Source of the DNA: Callorhinchus milii
Taxonomy: Eukaryota
DNA length: 64,000 nt
Reading direction: 5' to 3'
Assembly: GCF_018977255.1 (NCBI RefSeq)
Contig: NW_024704743.1
Location: 49,726,001 to 49,790,000 of the forward strand
The position numbers were made by a program, and so were the translations under genes. Of this stretch, positions 13,496 to 25,700 are shown in pieces (the first letter of the stretch is position 1; every line of letters starts with the position of its first letter). The notes under the pieces are model-generated. The model saw nothing but the letters and a program-made list of their open reading frames with translations, was not told the DNA's origin and did not search any database.

Positions 13496-14084
13496 ATTTA
13501 TAGATTCTTAAGGCACAATAATTGCATTATGGATCTCTCTACGTTCTTCCTTTGAGAAGATTGAAGTGAAAAACCCATTCAATATATCTGCCAAACAGTG
13601 ATCAGATATAATATTTCTACCTAACCTATCCATCATTACCTATTTCTTATCTCGCCTTCTAGGCTTGCAGAGCTTAACATTTGTCACTAATTAATACTAA
13701 CATTTTAAGTCCCCCTACTTGCCTAAAAATATGCAGTCAATACATTTTACAGTAAATCCTATGAAATGCTTTAAGAGATTTCAATGACGTAATAAAATGC
13801 TATAATAAATGCAAGGTTTTTTTATTAGTAGTAATTATCTCATACTTTTCCAATAGTTTATTTGAAACTGTCTTATATATGAAAGATAAAGGAAATATTG
13901 GCGCTAAGTGAATGCTAAATTAAATGTACTGAGAGCATCATGATAGGCAGCATATCACTGAAACGCAACAGAAAAATTATGTTTCAAACACAACACAAAT
14001 GCATTATTCAACAAAGAAAATAACACATTTGAGTAATTACACAAGATTCAGCAACCAATTGATTAAATGTATTTTTCATTGCTG

Positions 14085-15078
14085 TCTGTGCCTCCACCCT
14101 CGACCCCAGGACCACTAATATCCTGACTGCCTGTCAGACATCAAGTCCTGGATGAGAACCAACTTTCTACAGTTCAACGTCAGCAAGACTGAGGCCCTCC
14201 TGATTGTCTCACGCCAGCGCCTCCGCACCTCAGGCTCTGGCAACATCAACATCCAAGGATGCACACTTCACCTCACCAAGCCAGTCAGGAACCTCGGTGT
14301 CTTGTTCGACCCTCAATTGTCCTTTCTCCCCCACATCCATGCCATGTGGTCGGGTATTCAGTATTTCTGCCCCCACACTCTGGAACTCATTCCTGCAATC
14401 TCTCCCACCCTCTCTGCCTTCCCCACCCCCGCAACATTGCTGACTCCGCCACTGCCCCACCCCTCAGGCCGCCGAAACCTCATACATGCCTTCATTACAA
14501 CCAAGCTCGACTTGAGCCAACTATTCTTGTCGGCCTTCCCAACTCTTCCCTCCACAATTTGCAGATCATCCAGAACTCTGGAGCTTGTGTCCTCTCCCGC
14601 ACTAGGCTCCGTGATCCCATCACCCCCACCCTCCGCCGGCTCCACTGGCTACCCATCCCTCAGAGGATTGAGTTAAAAATTCTCACCCTCACCTTCAAGT
14701 CCCTCCATGGCCTTAGCCCCTCCTGCCTCTCTGACCTGCTAACCCCTTATCAACCTGACCACTCAGCAGGTTCCCGCTGCTCCATATCCGCTGTCCAGGC
14801 CGCCCCACGATTGGTGGTCGGGTATTCAGCATCTCTGCCCCCACATTCTGGAACTCTATCCTGCAATCTGTCCACCTCGACCCCTCTCTTGCCTCCTTCA
14901 AGTCCCATTTAAATGCCTTCCTCTTCGATACTGTGCCTTCGGCCAGCCCCTCCTGCCCTGCAACCCTCCTGACCCCAACTGCCAGCTCAGCTCCAAAAAC
15001 ATCTGCCCGTCCAGCGCCCTGGGACATCTTTCTGATGTGACGGGCTCTATACAAGTGTGATTTGTTGTTATTGTTGTT
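14085..15078 (+). mobile_element. 5'-truncated degenerate L2-clade LINE
   Basis: ORF2 remnants [65 protein letters not shown]; (TTG)n tail. Confidence 0.9.
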
Positions 15079-15902
15079 CATTGCAACTGTAATTTACATA
15101 GATTTACAGCACCGAAACAGGCCATTCTGGCCCAAACAGTCCATGCTGGTGTTTATACTCCACATGAGTCTCCACCCACTCCTGACTCCTTCCATACCCT
15201 TCTATTCTCTAGTCTGTGCAGACACACTCAAATTTACCATGTCATGGCACACCATCAATGTTTGCAAGCGCTACAGTATAATAACAAAAATCTTATTCCA
15301 CATTGCTTGACGAGGTACAATAGAAACAATAGAAACACAGATTATGGTGCCAAACATTTAGACAAACATTCAAGCTTTGGAATTAAAGATACATCAATGT
15401 TGATTGTAATGTCAATATGCTAAATTGCTTTGTGCTGTATTTTAATTTGTTCGTTTCAATTGCAGATGAATGCCTCAATTTCCTATATAAACTAGTTTGC
15501 AGGTATCAATAAAAATACTTCCGTTGATGAAGTGGAGTGAATTCCAATCTTTTTCTGGAATCTACTCTGCACGAAATTGGATCAAATCCAGGATGGATTA
15601 CTACCAGCATATATTTCAATTTGTATTGCATGACTATTTTAGAACTTGTCATCATTGGGTTCTGGAAAAATATTGCCCCAACAAAATTCTGTGTTCGTTT
15701 ATATATTTATGATATTGGGAACTGCGAGCCTCTACTGGGGACTGAACATCCTCATGTTCAAAAGGTAATTGAAAACTTTCACTGACAGGCATTTGAGAGG
15801 GTAACTTATCTCCAGCCAACAGTGACATCTTGATTTATCTGGTCATTTCTTTTTAACCTGAGAGAGGTTTCTGGAATGTTTCCAGAAATGATTGAAGCAT
15901 TT

Positions 15903-16200
15903 TGTGTGAGTGTGAGTGAGTGAGTGTGAGTGAGTGGGTGTGTGTGTGTGAGAGTGTGAGTGAGTGAGTGTGAGTGAGTGTGAGTGTGTGTGTGAGAGTG
16001 TGAGTGTGTGAGTGAGTGTGTGAGTGAGTGTGTGAGTGTGAGTGAGTGTGTGTGTGTGTGTGAGTGAGTGTGTGAGTGAGTGTGTGTGTGTGTGAGTGAG
16101 TGGGTGTGAGTGAGTGTGTGAGTGAGTGTGTGAGTGAGTGTGTGTGTGAGTGAGAGTGTGTGTGTGTGTGAGTGAGAGTGAGTGTGTGTGTGAGTGAGTG
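15903..16200. repeat. (GT)n/(GTGA)n microsatellite
   Basis: Direct inspection. Confidence 0.95.
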
Positions 16201-16421
16201 CCATTGTAGTGTTAAATGGCTCCGCTCATTGTTACGCCACTTGGGCTTTGATCCCCACACAGATTGTGCGGTGGCGGCACCGCAGCCACAATGCTCGGTG
16301 TCTGGTGCCCTGACCGCTCCCCTGCAATGTGCACGGCCGCCGTCTCCAGCTCTGCCGTTGCCACAGCTGCTTTGGTTCGGTTCAGTGACTTCTGGTTCAC
16401 CTGTGAAGCGAGGGCGGAGCG

Positions 16422-17175
16422 GCCCAGCCCAGCCCCCGCCCCACAGCCCCCCAGCCCAGCCCCACAGCCCCCGCCCCCGCCCCACAGCCCCCCAGCCCAG
16501 CCCAGCCCAGCCCAGCACCCGAGCCCCCGCCCCACAGCCCCCGCCCCACAGCCCCAGCCCAGCCCCCGCCCCACAGCCCCCCAGCCCAGCCCCAGCCCAG
16601 CCCCCGCCCCACAGCCCCGCCCCACAGCCCCCCAGCCCAGCCCCGCCACAGCCCCGCCCAGCCCCCAGCCCCGCCCCACAGCCCCCAGCCCGCCCCACAG
16701 CCCCAGCCCAGCCCCCGCCCCACAGCCCCCCAGCCCAGCCCCCAGCCCCCGCCCCACAGCCCCAGCCCCAGCCCCCAGCCCCCGCCCCAGCCCCCGCCCC
16801 AGCCCCAAGCCCCCGCCCCACAGCCCAGCCCCACAGCCCCGCCCCACAGCCCAGCCCCCGCCCACAGCCCAGCCCGCCCCACAGCCCCAGCCCCGCCCCA
16901 CAGCCCCAGCCCCGCCCAGCCCCGCCCCAGCCCCAGCCCCCGCCCCAGAGCCCCACAGCCCCCGCCCCACAGCCCCACAGCCCCCGCCCCACAGCCCCAG
17001 CCCCCGCCCCAGCCCAGCGCCCCGAGCCCCCGCCCCACAGCCCCCGCCCCAGCCCCAGCCCCCGCCCCAGCCCCAGCCCCGCCCCCAGCCCCAGAGCCCC
17101 CGCCCCAGCCCCACAGCCCCAGCCCCGCCCCAGCCCCGCCCCAGCAGCCCCAGCCCAGCCCCACAGCCACAGCCC
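16422..17175. repeat. C-rich low-complexity repeat (CCCCG/CCCAG/CCACAG units) just upstream of CFAP90
   Basis: Direct inspection; contains no T on the plus strand for about 750 nt. Confidence 0.95.
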
Positions 17176-17261
17176 CGGGGGCGTCCGGGCACTCAGCAAC
17201 AAAAAGGACGCGGGTCACCCAAGGGAGGAGCTCACGCTGCCACCCAGACGTTTAGCACATC

Positions 17262-17375
17262 ATGGCAGACATCGTCAGGAAGAGCAAACAGCCACTGGCC
17301 TCGCTCTCTGCCTTCAGTTACATCCCCGAGAGAAGAGACGAGAGCGAACAGACTTATTTCGGTAACCAGAAGAAG
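17262..17375 (+). CDS. CFAP90: CFAP90 coding exon 1 ([38 protein letters not shown])
   Basis: ATG 17262, 114 nt, donor AAG|GTGAGT. Confidence 0.88.
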
Positions 17376-20300
17376 GTGAGTGCCAGAGTGGGAGTCTCTT
17401 TCCGAACAGGATTCCCGGGAGGTCTGGGTTCTGTTCTGCTTCAGTGCAACTGAAGGTCTTGTCAGTCCATCGAACTCGGCACTAATTTAACGGTTAAACA
17501 ACAAGAGTTTTGCTTCTGCAGCTGCAACGAAAGGCATTCGGAAAGGAAGCGAAGAAACCTGCAGGAGTCTTAGATTTCATGGATCATTGGACTTTGCAAA
17601 TAGTTTGGAAGGAATGGTTCGCTTGAGGCTTGAGGAGAACTACCCACCTTCAGTCTGTATTAACTTCTAACTGCATCATTTGTTTCCCTCCCCAGTCTTA
17701 GCCTCAGTTAAGATTTAAGGACCTGAATATCCTGACAGGTGCCAAAGGCTAGATGTAGCTCAAGTAAAATAAAATTGTTTTCATCCACCCCAGAAGGTAA
17801 CTCCCTTCACAGTGCCATTCATCAGCTCTGCACCCAGTGGCTGCACCCAGATCAAGAATACAATAAACCAATACAATAACAATTGCAGGTTAACACAAAA
17901 ATGGACTGAAACAATCAATTGCAGCTACAGATAGTCTGTTACAAACTGCCTCAGGAGCGGACAAGACTAAGTGTTAAGTTGATACTGGTGGTTTAAAAAC
18001 ACTCTTTCCTCAGTAGATAATCTGGGACACAGACATGCCTGGAAAGCCTGGCCACCTGCATTGAACGAGACAAAATGGTTAGTTTTGGAGGGAGGAATGA
18101 GGTAGAGACTTGTAGACTTCCTACAAGTCTCTACCTCATTCCTCCCTCCTGTATGATCGGTTTCTCTTCTACTAACTTCTACTAACTGCATTTTCTTAAA
18201 GGGACAGTCTGGTTGTACTGGAAACAATTTTTATTTGGTCAGCCGTGTCTGACACATGCGGAAACCCATCACCATGCTTAAGAGTATCCAAACCAAACTG
18301 AGAGTCGCATACATCCCACCTACACATAGAAATTCCAGAGATAGTTTGTTGGAATGGAATGCGCACTCTCTCCTATGTACCTAATTCCTGAAAATATCAG
18401 GTGCAGGTTGGCAAGAGCCAAGGCTTAGGGACCCCAGAGTGTGTGTTGGGGTACTGCTGGAGTCTAACCAGCTAAAACTGCTTAGCTTATCATTGATATT
18501 GCTGACTGCCAAGCTTTCCCAGTGCTTGTCCAGCTAGGACCATCCTATCTATTATAGCTTTAGCTTGCAGGGTTAACAGGATAGTCCAGCTCTGAGTGGG
18601 AGGATTCCCTGCGCAAGTGACTGGTCTGTCCTTCCAAGCCTATGAGCCAGGCTGTCTGTGCTGTCATCAGCAGTGCCCTGTAATACTGCGTACCCGATTG
18701 GCTCAGGAACCAGACTACCAGGACTGTCACACAGGACTGGCTTGATTCTGACATGTCACCTTGGCTCCAAGGTGTTTAGCTCCAAGGGACCCCACTTACC
18801 CCCCCCCACTCAAGGAGGATACCCACTAGTTGGTTGTTCGACATCCAACAGCGCAGGTTTGAACCTCACTAGGTGCATGGTTACCCCCTGTGAGCTTCCC
18901 AGGGGGAATACACCTCAGCATGAAATGTGTGAGAGCATTGCCACCGTCTTTCTGTCCACAGTTCGGGCACACATTCCTTCCCATTGAGCGATGGTTCCAC
19001 CAGTTGGAGGTGCGGAATATAAGCAGCAGCTATTGCCTCTCTGCAGGCCAATCAAGGTGGATTCCAGGCACTGGACGTACGAACGTGTGTTCACAAACTC
19101 AGACTCCAGCGCCTTCCAGCAGCTGTTGCCCCAAGCCTCAGAGTTTCCTCATCAGCTACCTGGTGGGCATCTGCCTTCAGTGTGTGGAAGGAGCTTTACA
19201 GGACAGCGTGTGACGTGCCAGCCACATTGATGTTTTCAAGGTCCAAGTCCAATATCACTGACCAGGCTTACTCAGTACCAGCTGCTTAATCCTATTGGAA
19301 ACAATTTTGCATTATTTGCAAAATATTTGTATTTACATTTGCATTATTCTTGCACGTTTCCTTATGTTGATTAAGCTTTTCCAGGAGTTGGTATTGTGTT
19401 TTTGTTTGGTGTGTCCCAGGTGTCAACAATAGTGAAACTGTTTCCATACTTTTATTTCACATGTTCTCATTCCTTTGCAAATTTTGCATGGTTTTATGCA
19501 CAATGGGGTTTGATTTAGCAAGATTTGCATAAGGATTTGTGATGAGCAAATCCTGGACTGAGGTGGATGTCTCTCTTTAAGTCCTGCCTCAAATCCTATC
19601 TCTTTGAATAATAATAATCGTTGCATTTGATTTAGCGCCTTATCATGTCTTTGCGACGTCTCAAAGTGAACTATTTCGCCGCTTCCATCCTCGACTCCAC
19701 GGCCATTGATGTCCTGGCTAATTGTCTGTCTGACATCAAGTCCTGGATGAAAGCCAACTTCCTCCAGCTCAGTGTTCCCCGTTCCGCCTTTCCACACCTC
19801 AGCAACATTGCCTGCCTCCGCCACTGCCTCACACCGCAGTTGCTGAGACCTGACCCAAAATTTCATTACATCCTGCCTTGACTGCGCCAACTGCCTGCTC
19901 AGTGGACTTCCCAACTCTTCACTCCACGGGTTGCGGATTATTCAGAACTCTGCAGCTTGTGTCCTCTCACACCCCAGGCTCTGGGAACCTATCACCCCCA
20001 TTCTTGCCCGGCTTCACTGGCTCCCCATTCCTCAGAGAATCAAATACAAAAACCTTGTTCTTACCTTCAAGGTCCTCCATGGTCTTACTCCCCCCTACCT
20101 CTCTGACCTCATAACCCCATATCAGCTTGTCCACTCCCTCTGCTCGGCGGACACAGGACTGCTTCAGGTCCCCTGCAATTCCCGCCCCACCATTGGCGGT
20201 CGGGAGTTCAGCAACTCTACCCCCCACTCTGGAACTCTATCCTGCAATCCCTCCGCCTCACCCCCTCCCTTGCCTCCTTCAAGTCCCATCTCAAGACCTT

Positions 20301-22707
20301 CCTCTTCAAATGTGCCTTTGGCCACCCTAACATCCACATCTGCAACCCGAAACGCGGCAGTCAAAAGCGCACAGCAGTGTTCTCCAAACAGTCGGGGATT
20401 GAGTGACCAAATTATTATATTTTTTGAAGGAATTATTACCCTGGAAAAGTGATCCGCCAATCGACTAACAACTGGGTTCCTACTTACTGCTAAGTAAACA
20501 GAGGCAGGTGGAGTAAGGAAACTCACCCAATGTCTCGCTCTGCCAGGAATCGAACCCAGGTCTCTCGCTTGCGATGCGAGTGCTCTAACCACTAACACTG
20601 AATGTGATCACTGAATATGGCCATCTAGGCCCACTCCCTCTCCCTTGCTCAGCATCCAATCCCATCTAAGTGGCTGTTGACTGCAATTATCCAACTGATC
20701 ATGGTATCAGATGTAATCTTCACCTGTATTGGCTGTCACCAATGTCATCTGGAAGCTTTGTTTTTCTTTGACTGAGATATAACCACCTTACAGAAACAAA
20801 ATACCTAGCTAGAAGAATGAAAAATATCAGTGCTAGAGCTACAAAGCAGTGTTGTGGTGCCGTGTATCAACACTAACTCAGATGAAACCATTTTCAAAAC
20901 GTGAATTGTTTTTTTTAGCAACAAAGTGAGCGTTTTATTGAAATCCACGATCAACCATACTTTCCCACATCTCCCTCTCCACTTTTAAAGCCCACCTTGA
21001 GACTTTCCTCTTTCACCACGTTTTCGATCATCTTTCCCCAGCTTAAAGCAGTTTTAAGTGTCTTGATGTGAATGATGCTATAAAATGTAAATTATATTAA
21101 ATTGAATTTATAGCTATTATAAAATTATCTCTTTGTTTTCAGGGAGTATCAGTGTTGACCTATGACCGGATTTTTAGGGCCCCACAAGGCTACAATAATA
21201 AAATTCATCGTGATGACCGAGAGCATGCCAAAAGCCTTGGTCTTAACGTAAACGCTGAGGTATGGCACTGTTAACATTTTTATCAAATAAAAAGTAACGC
21301 TGGCAATGCCATTCTTTATGTTTGTGTAATCCATGTGGGAGGGGGATCTTGCAGTCCTAAGCTTTTGCAAAACATCTCAGACATTTTCTTCCCATTAATC
21401 TCATTACTTGCTCTTACACCAAGAAAAGCGCACTTTGCTATCTAATTCATTTTTTCTATGTTAGAAGTGTGCTGAATAATCACTTTACAATGTCTTTCTG
21501 AAGTCTGGATCATTATGAAGTGCATTTTACATTGAAATAGGTTTCTGTCATGGGATAATTACATCTATTTGAGTATAAATTATTTTATGCATTTGCTCCT
21601 GTGGCATGTTTCAAAACAATATATAAAATGAACCTTAAATCAAAGCCAATTTACCTTTTGTGGCTTATGAGCTACTATAACAAACAGGATTTGTTGCACA
21701 TATGCATAAAATCACTCACCTCTTTATAGGTTTTTATTCTGAACAAAAACCTAAATGTTGAACAGCTTTATGAGCTACACAATTATACTTAGAAAACAGG
21801 CCTAAAGATGTGAATTACACACCTTCAGATCCTAGGGCAGGAGGTACCTACAAATAGTTTTGCTCCTTAATGTTTTGGAGCGAAGGGATCTAGCAGTTTG
21901 TCCAGAGATTATTCATTGGTGCTTGTTACCTAACAAGTGATTTTTTTTCCATAATTTTTTTAAAAATGGAGTTTCATAAAATCCACATTGTTCTTTAATT
22001 GTGGGACAATACAGATTATATTATGCATTTCAAGTTATAGGATACCTGGAGTTCTTCCCTGTAAGATTCCTGCAGAGCGATAATATTTGCCTGACACTGA
22101 TAGTGATTGAAACCTTCAGTCTGACGTTTCAGGAGCAAATGGTTTTGAGTTATGTGTGATTTTTTCAAGTGAAATTGTACACATACAAGTTTACTTGAGC
22201 CTTCTCTCACTGAAACAGCAAGTTTCCCATCTTAAAAGCAAGTTACTTTTTATCTTGAAATACTGGTCAACTATTTGAAGAAACGTCTTAGTTTCTTAGC
22301 GTACGTCCAATAGGAGAAAGACTGCACCTAAGTATAGAAGGTAGCGTTTTATCAGTTTTATTGTTTCAGGTTTTGAGGGGAAAAGAGTTCAAGAACAAAG
22401 AACTAAATGAAATAAATTGTTAAAGTATAATAGTTAGAAAACCCATTCAAAATGTTGACATAGAATCAAGCATTCTGAATTAATTATGTTTGCAAACTTT
22501 TTGAGCAATACTCGATCTGTCTTGCAGGAAATGGCTCGTTCGGTTCCAGTCCTGAATTCATCACATTATGGAAAACGGCTTCACCTCAACATTGATCCAA
22601 TAAACCGCTCTTTTGTCAGAGTTGCCCATGTGCATGCAGAATTTTACCGAAAAAATGGCATTTCGAAATCCGTTGAAGAAGGTTATGGAACAGTTGTACC
22701 AGACTAG
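17262..22707 (+). CDS. CFAP90: CFAP90 / C5orf49 homolog (cilia- and flagella-associated protein 90), complete 3-exon CDS, 136 aa: join(17262..17375,21143..21259,22528..22707)
   Basis: The spliced product contains [40 protein letters not shown] and [10 protein letters not shown], matching recalled human C5orf49 (SAFSYIPPRR...[21 protein letters not shown]...HVQADFYRKN). GT-AG phase-0 introns. Tail-to-tail with ADCY2 as in human. Confidence 0.93.
18229..19290 (-). mobile_element. 3' end of a non-LTR retrotransposon with a C-terminal CCHC zinc knuckle and long 3' UTR (RTEX-like, clade uncertain)
   Basis: Minus-strand [10 protein letters not shown]...[20 protein letters not shown] (knuckle at 18969-18910); A-rich 3' end; homologous copies at 46205 and 47077. 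Confidence 0.65.
19675..20345 (+). mobile_element. L2 LINE fragment lacking its own tail
   Basis: [23 protein letters not shown]...[29 protein letters not shown]. Confidence 0.88.
20345..20596 (-). mobile_element. Older SINE subfamily, 5' portion; its tail appears to lie at ~19608-19668, beyond an L2 fragment
   Basis: tRNA head plus the same extra segment as the 60118 copy. Confidence 0.75.
21143..21259 (+). CDS. CFAP90: CFAP90 coding exon 2 ([39 protein letters not shown])
   Basis: Acceptor ctttgttttcAG, 117 nt, donor GAG|GTATGG; conserved [13 protein letters not shown] motif. Confidence 0.93.
22528..22707 (+). CDS. CFAP90: CFAP90 last coding exon ([17 protein letters not shown]...[10 protein letters not shown])
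   Basis: Acceptor ctgtcttgcAG, 180 nt ending in TAG. Confidence 0.92.
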   Translation, partial: EMARSVPVLNSSHYGKRLHLNIDPINRSFVRVAHVHAEFYRKNGISKSVEEGYGTVVPD

Positions 22708-22739
22708 TCCTATCTCCCTTTTCTTGACCAATTTCTAAA

Positions 22740-22755
22740 AATAAATTTCATTAAA
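22740..22755 (+). promoter_or_regulatory. Candidate CFAP90 polyadenylation signals (AATAAA 22740-22745, ATTAAA 22750-22755)
   Basis: Hexamers about 35-50 nt after the stop codon, followed by T-rich sequence; usage not demonstrable from sequence. Confidence 0.45.
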
Positions 22756-25700
22756 TGCAGATTTAATCTCTTTTTAAGGAACTTATTGACGGAAGTGTAG
22801 TTTAGTTCCTAATTTGAAGGTTTTTCTGATTTGCTAAACTGTGCTCTCCCCCGCCCACCCTCACCCCAACCCACTACAGTTTCTCTACAGATTACAGAAA
22901 TTAGGTTCAACAAATTTCTCTTTGTAAACAATACAGTAAAATCCTGATAACTCTACCTTGGCTTAATTTGTCACTATCTCTTAAGTCACCATGCTGTCAA
23001 TATCCTAGCTGCCTCCCATGCAAAATGTTAATAAGGGACTCGACTGTATTAGTTTAACATATAATTAGTTCCATTCTAGAAATTCTTGTAAGTATTTACA
23101 ATGTAAAATTGATTGGACAACTACCACCATAAGATGGCGTCTTCCATCGCAGAAGCCTTCCTTCCTATCCTGTGAATGGTGCAAGTGCTCAGCAGAGGTG
23201 AGACATCCTCCCGACGTGAAAGGTATGACATGAATGCAATTTGAATGGAAAGAATGAACACGTGTGTGGATTTTGATATTGATAATGTAATTAGCCACAG
23301 AGCACATTAGAAACTTAAGAAAGAATGAAAACAAAAAAAGGGTCACTCACCCACTACGTCCACTTCGTCTATGGACCATGCAAAAATTCTGGCAAGACCC
23401 ACTGGGGTTCAGTGACTATCTATGCTTCATTTTGCTCAGATGGTAGATGTTCATGGTCTTTACATCCACAATTTACACAAAATGAAGCACAGATACTCTC
23501 TGAACCCCAACATTGATCAACACGAATGACCAATATTAATTCATTCCCACAAATCCACTGACCTTCATAGAAAACCTTTCTAAATAGATAGTTTGGGACA
23601 CATGTGACCGCCAAGAAGATGGAAGGCGAACTAGATGGACCTTGGTCTTTTTTCGTCCAGCGCTTCTTATGTTCTTATTTCTCCTCCATTTGTTGGTGCC
23701 AGCAGCACACAATCATTGTTGCCTACGAAGCATTTGACTTTGACACAGAGTGGAACTGGAGAGTGTGATCTTGTTTCACTGAAGGTTAATAATAATCTTT
23801 ACATTTGATGTAGGCAACCTTAAGTGCCTGTTCAGGTGAATATTCAACATCCCACAGCATTGTTCGAAAAGTGAAGGGAGTTTCTCCCCATGTCCTGGAC
23901 AACAATCCCTCAGATAAATTTTCATTCCATAGCTGTTTGTGGAACATTGCTGTGCGTAAATTGGCTCCTGCTTTTGCATACAAATATACAGTGACTTCAC
24001 AGTAAAATCCTGTGAAGTGTTTTGATGACGTGATAAGGTGCTATATCAAATACAAACATTATTATTAGACATCTGAAACTTTTTCATGGAATTTATTGTA
24101 AAGTGTAGGCACCATGTATAGTATTTTGCAAAAAGCATGAAACAATTTGTGCACAGCAGTGTTCCAAGAATAGACTTGAAGTGCGTGAACAATTTTATCT
24201 GGAGGATTTTGGGCCATGGCACAGGGAGAAACTCTCTTGGAATATTTCCATGGGATCTTTAACATTCACGCTTCCTTGTAATGTGACATTGTCCAAAGAG
24301 CTATTCGAATGCCAGGTTGTACCTCAAGGGTCTTCGACTGCATGTTGAAAGAAGTTTCTCTAATTCTTTTGGGATTATTATTGAGGCCACATTTGGAATA
24401 TTGTGAAATTAATTTCATATCAAGGCTTATAGTAGATAACTGGTCTGTGCAGATTTGCGTTGGCTGGAATTCCAATTTTTTATTGTACTTATCAAAGCAA
24501 TGTTTCTCAGTGACTTAGTGATGTGCCAGGATTATGTTGTCGAGTTAGAGGATGCCATTGCCCAGAACTTGAGTTCCTATCTCAGTTCACTCTTGTGGTA
24601 CAGCACAGAGCACAAGCCATCACTTACCCAACAGAAAAGGCAAGCAAATTTGGATTATTTGAGCACATGCCATGTTCCAAATGGCTATCTATAGAGCTGC
24701 TATGGAGAGATATGATAGCAAGTATTCATCCTGCCCTCAGAGACAATGGTAATTCAGGGGAATAAGGTAACAAAATAAATAAATGTAAAGATCAAATATA
24801 GATTAAACTATTGTGATAACAATTCAGTTTTGGAAGATACAGGATTTAAAAATAAATAAATCACATTTTATTCATGAGTCAGTTGATGAACCATCTTTAA
24901 AATAGCTGAATGTAAGCACGCTACATTGGCTTTTCCGGGGATAATAATTCTTCAAAATAAACCAATAATAAATTGGTCACTCAATCCATGACTGTTTGTG
25001 GGACACTGCTGTTCACAATTGGCTGCCGCGTTTCGCAAACAGATATACAGTCACTACATTTTACTGTATATTCTATGAAGCGCTTTGAGACATCAAGAAG
25101 ACGTGAAAAGTGCTATATCAAATGCAAGGAATATTATTGCTATTGCTTTCACAATGATATGATGAGAGAGCTGTTTGAGAAGTCCTTATGATATAGTCAA
25201 TCTTCAGCTAATGTCTCCTCAATCTGCTGTTAGAAGAGTAGGAAAGACAAACAGAGCAATATAGTGACAGAAATTGTGTTTAACATATAATTTAGAGTAA
25301 TAATTCTATTAAATGTTGTATTATTTTGTATTATGTATTTATTAATAATTTACCGCATTGTATTGCATGGTTAATACACACCTGTTTGTGTGCCCCTAAA
25401 ATAAAATGTCATTCCAAATCACACCCAGAAATCTCAGACTGTATGTCAGCTTGGCTCAGTTGATAGCACTCTCATCTCTCAGTTAGAAGGTTGTGGGTTC
25501 TAGCCCCACTTTGGGACACTGCTTTGCACAAATTGAGTGCTGCAATTTCCTACAAATACTCAGCAGTCGCTACATTTCACAGAAAATCCTGTGAAGCATT
25601 TCCCTCAGTATTTAATATCTCCTAATTTGCTTCAATGGCTAGAAATAACTTATTTATCTTGATTTGTGTTTACTTAATCCCTATATAGCAATGGCTTGAT

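Noticed and set aside
15465..15764. Plus-strand exon-like segment with AG/GT boundaries
   Set aside because: All three frames contain stops and I recognise no protein similarity.
16212..16401. Minus-strand coding exon ([19 protein letters not shown]...MSGAI*)
   Set aside because: It has a plausible acceptor but no recognisable homology and no upstream coding exons; kept only as a possible non-coding exon.
9300..17200. FASTKD3 or MTRR exons expected from human synteny
   Set aside because: None were recognised by eye; a TBLASTN search is needed to exclude decayed remnants.
15806..17379. Pro/Ala-rich and Gly-rich ORFs
   Set aside because: They are products of the T-less C-rich repeat and the GT microsatellite.
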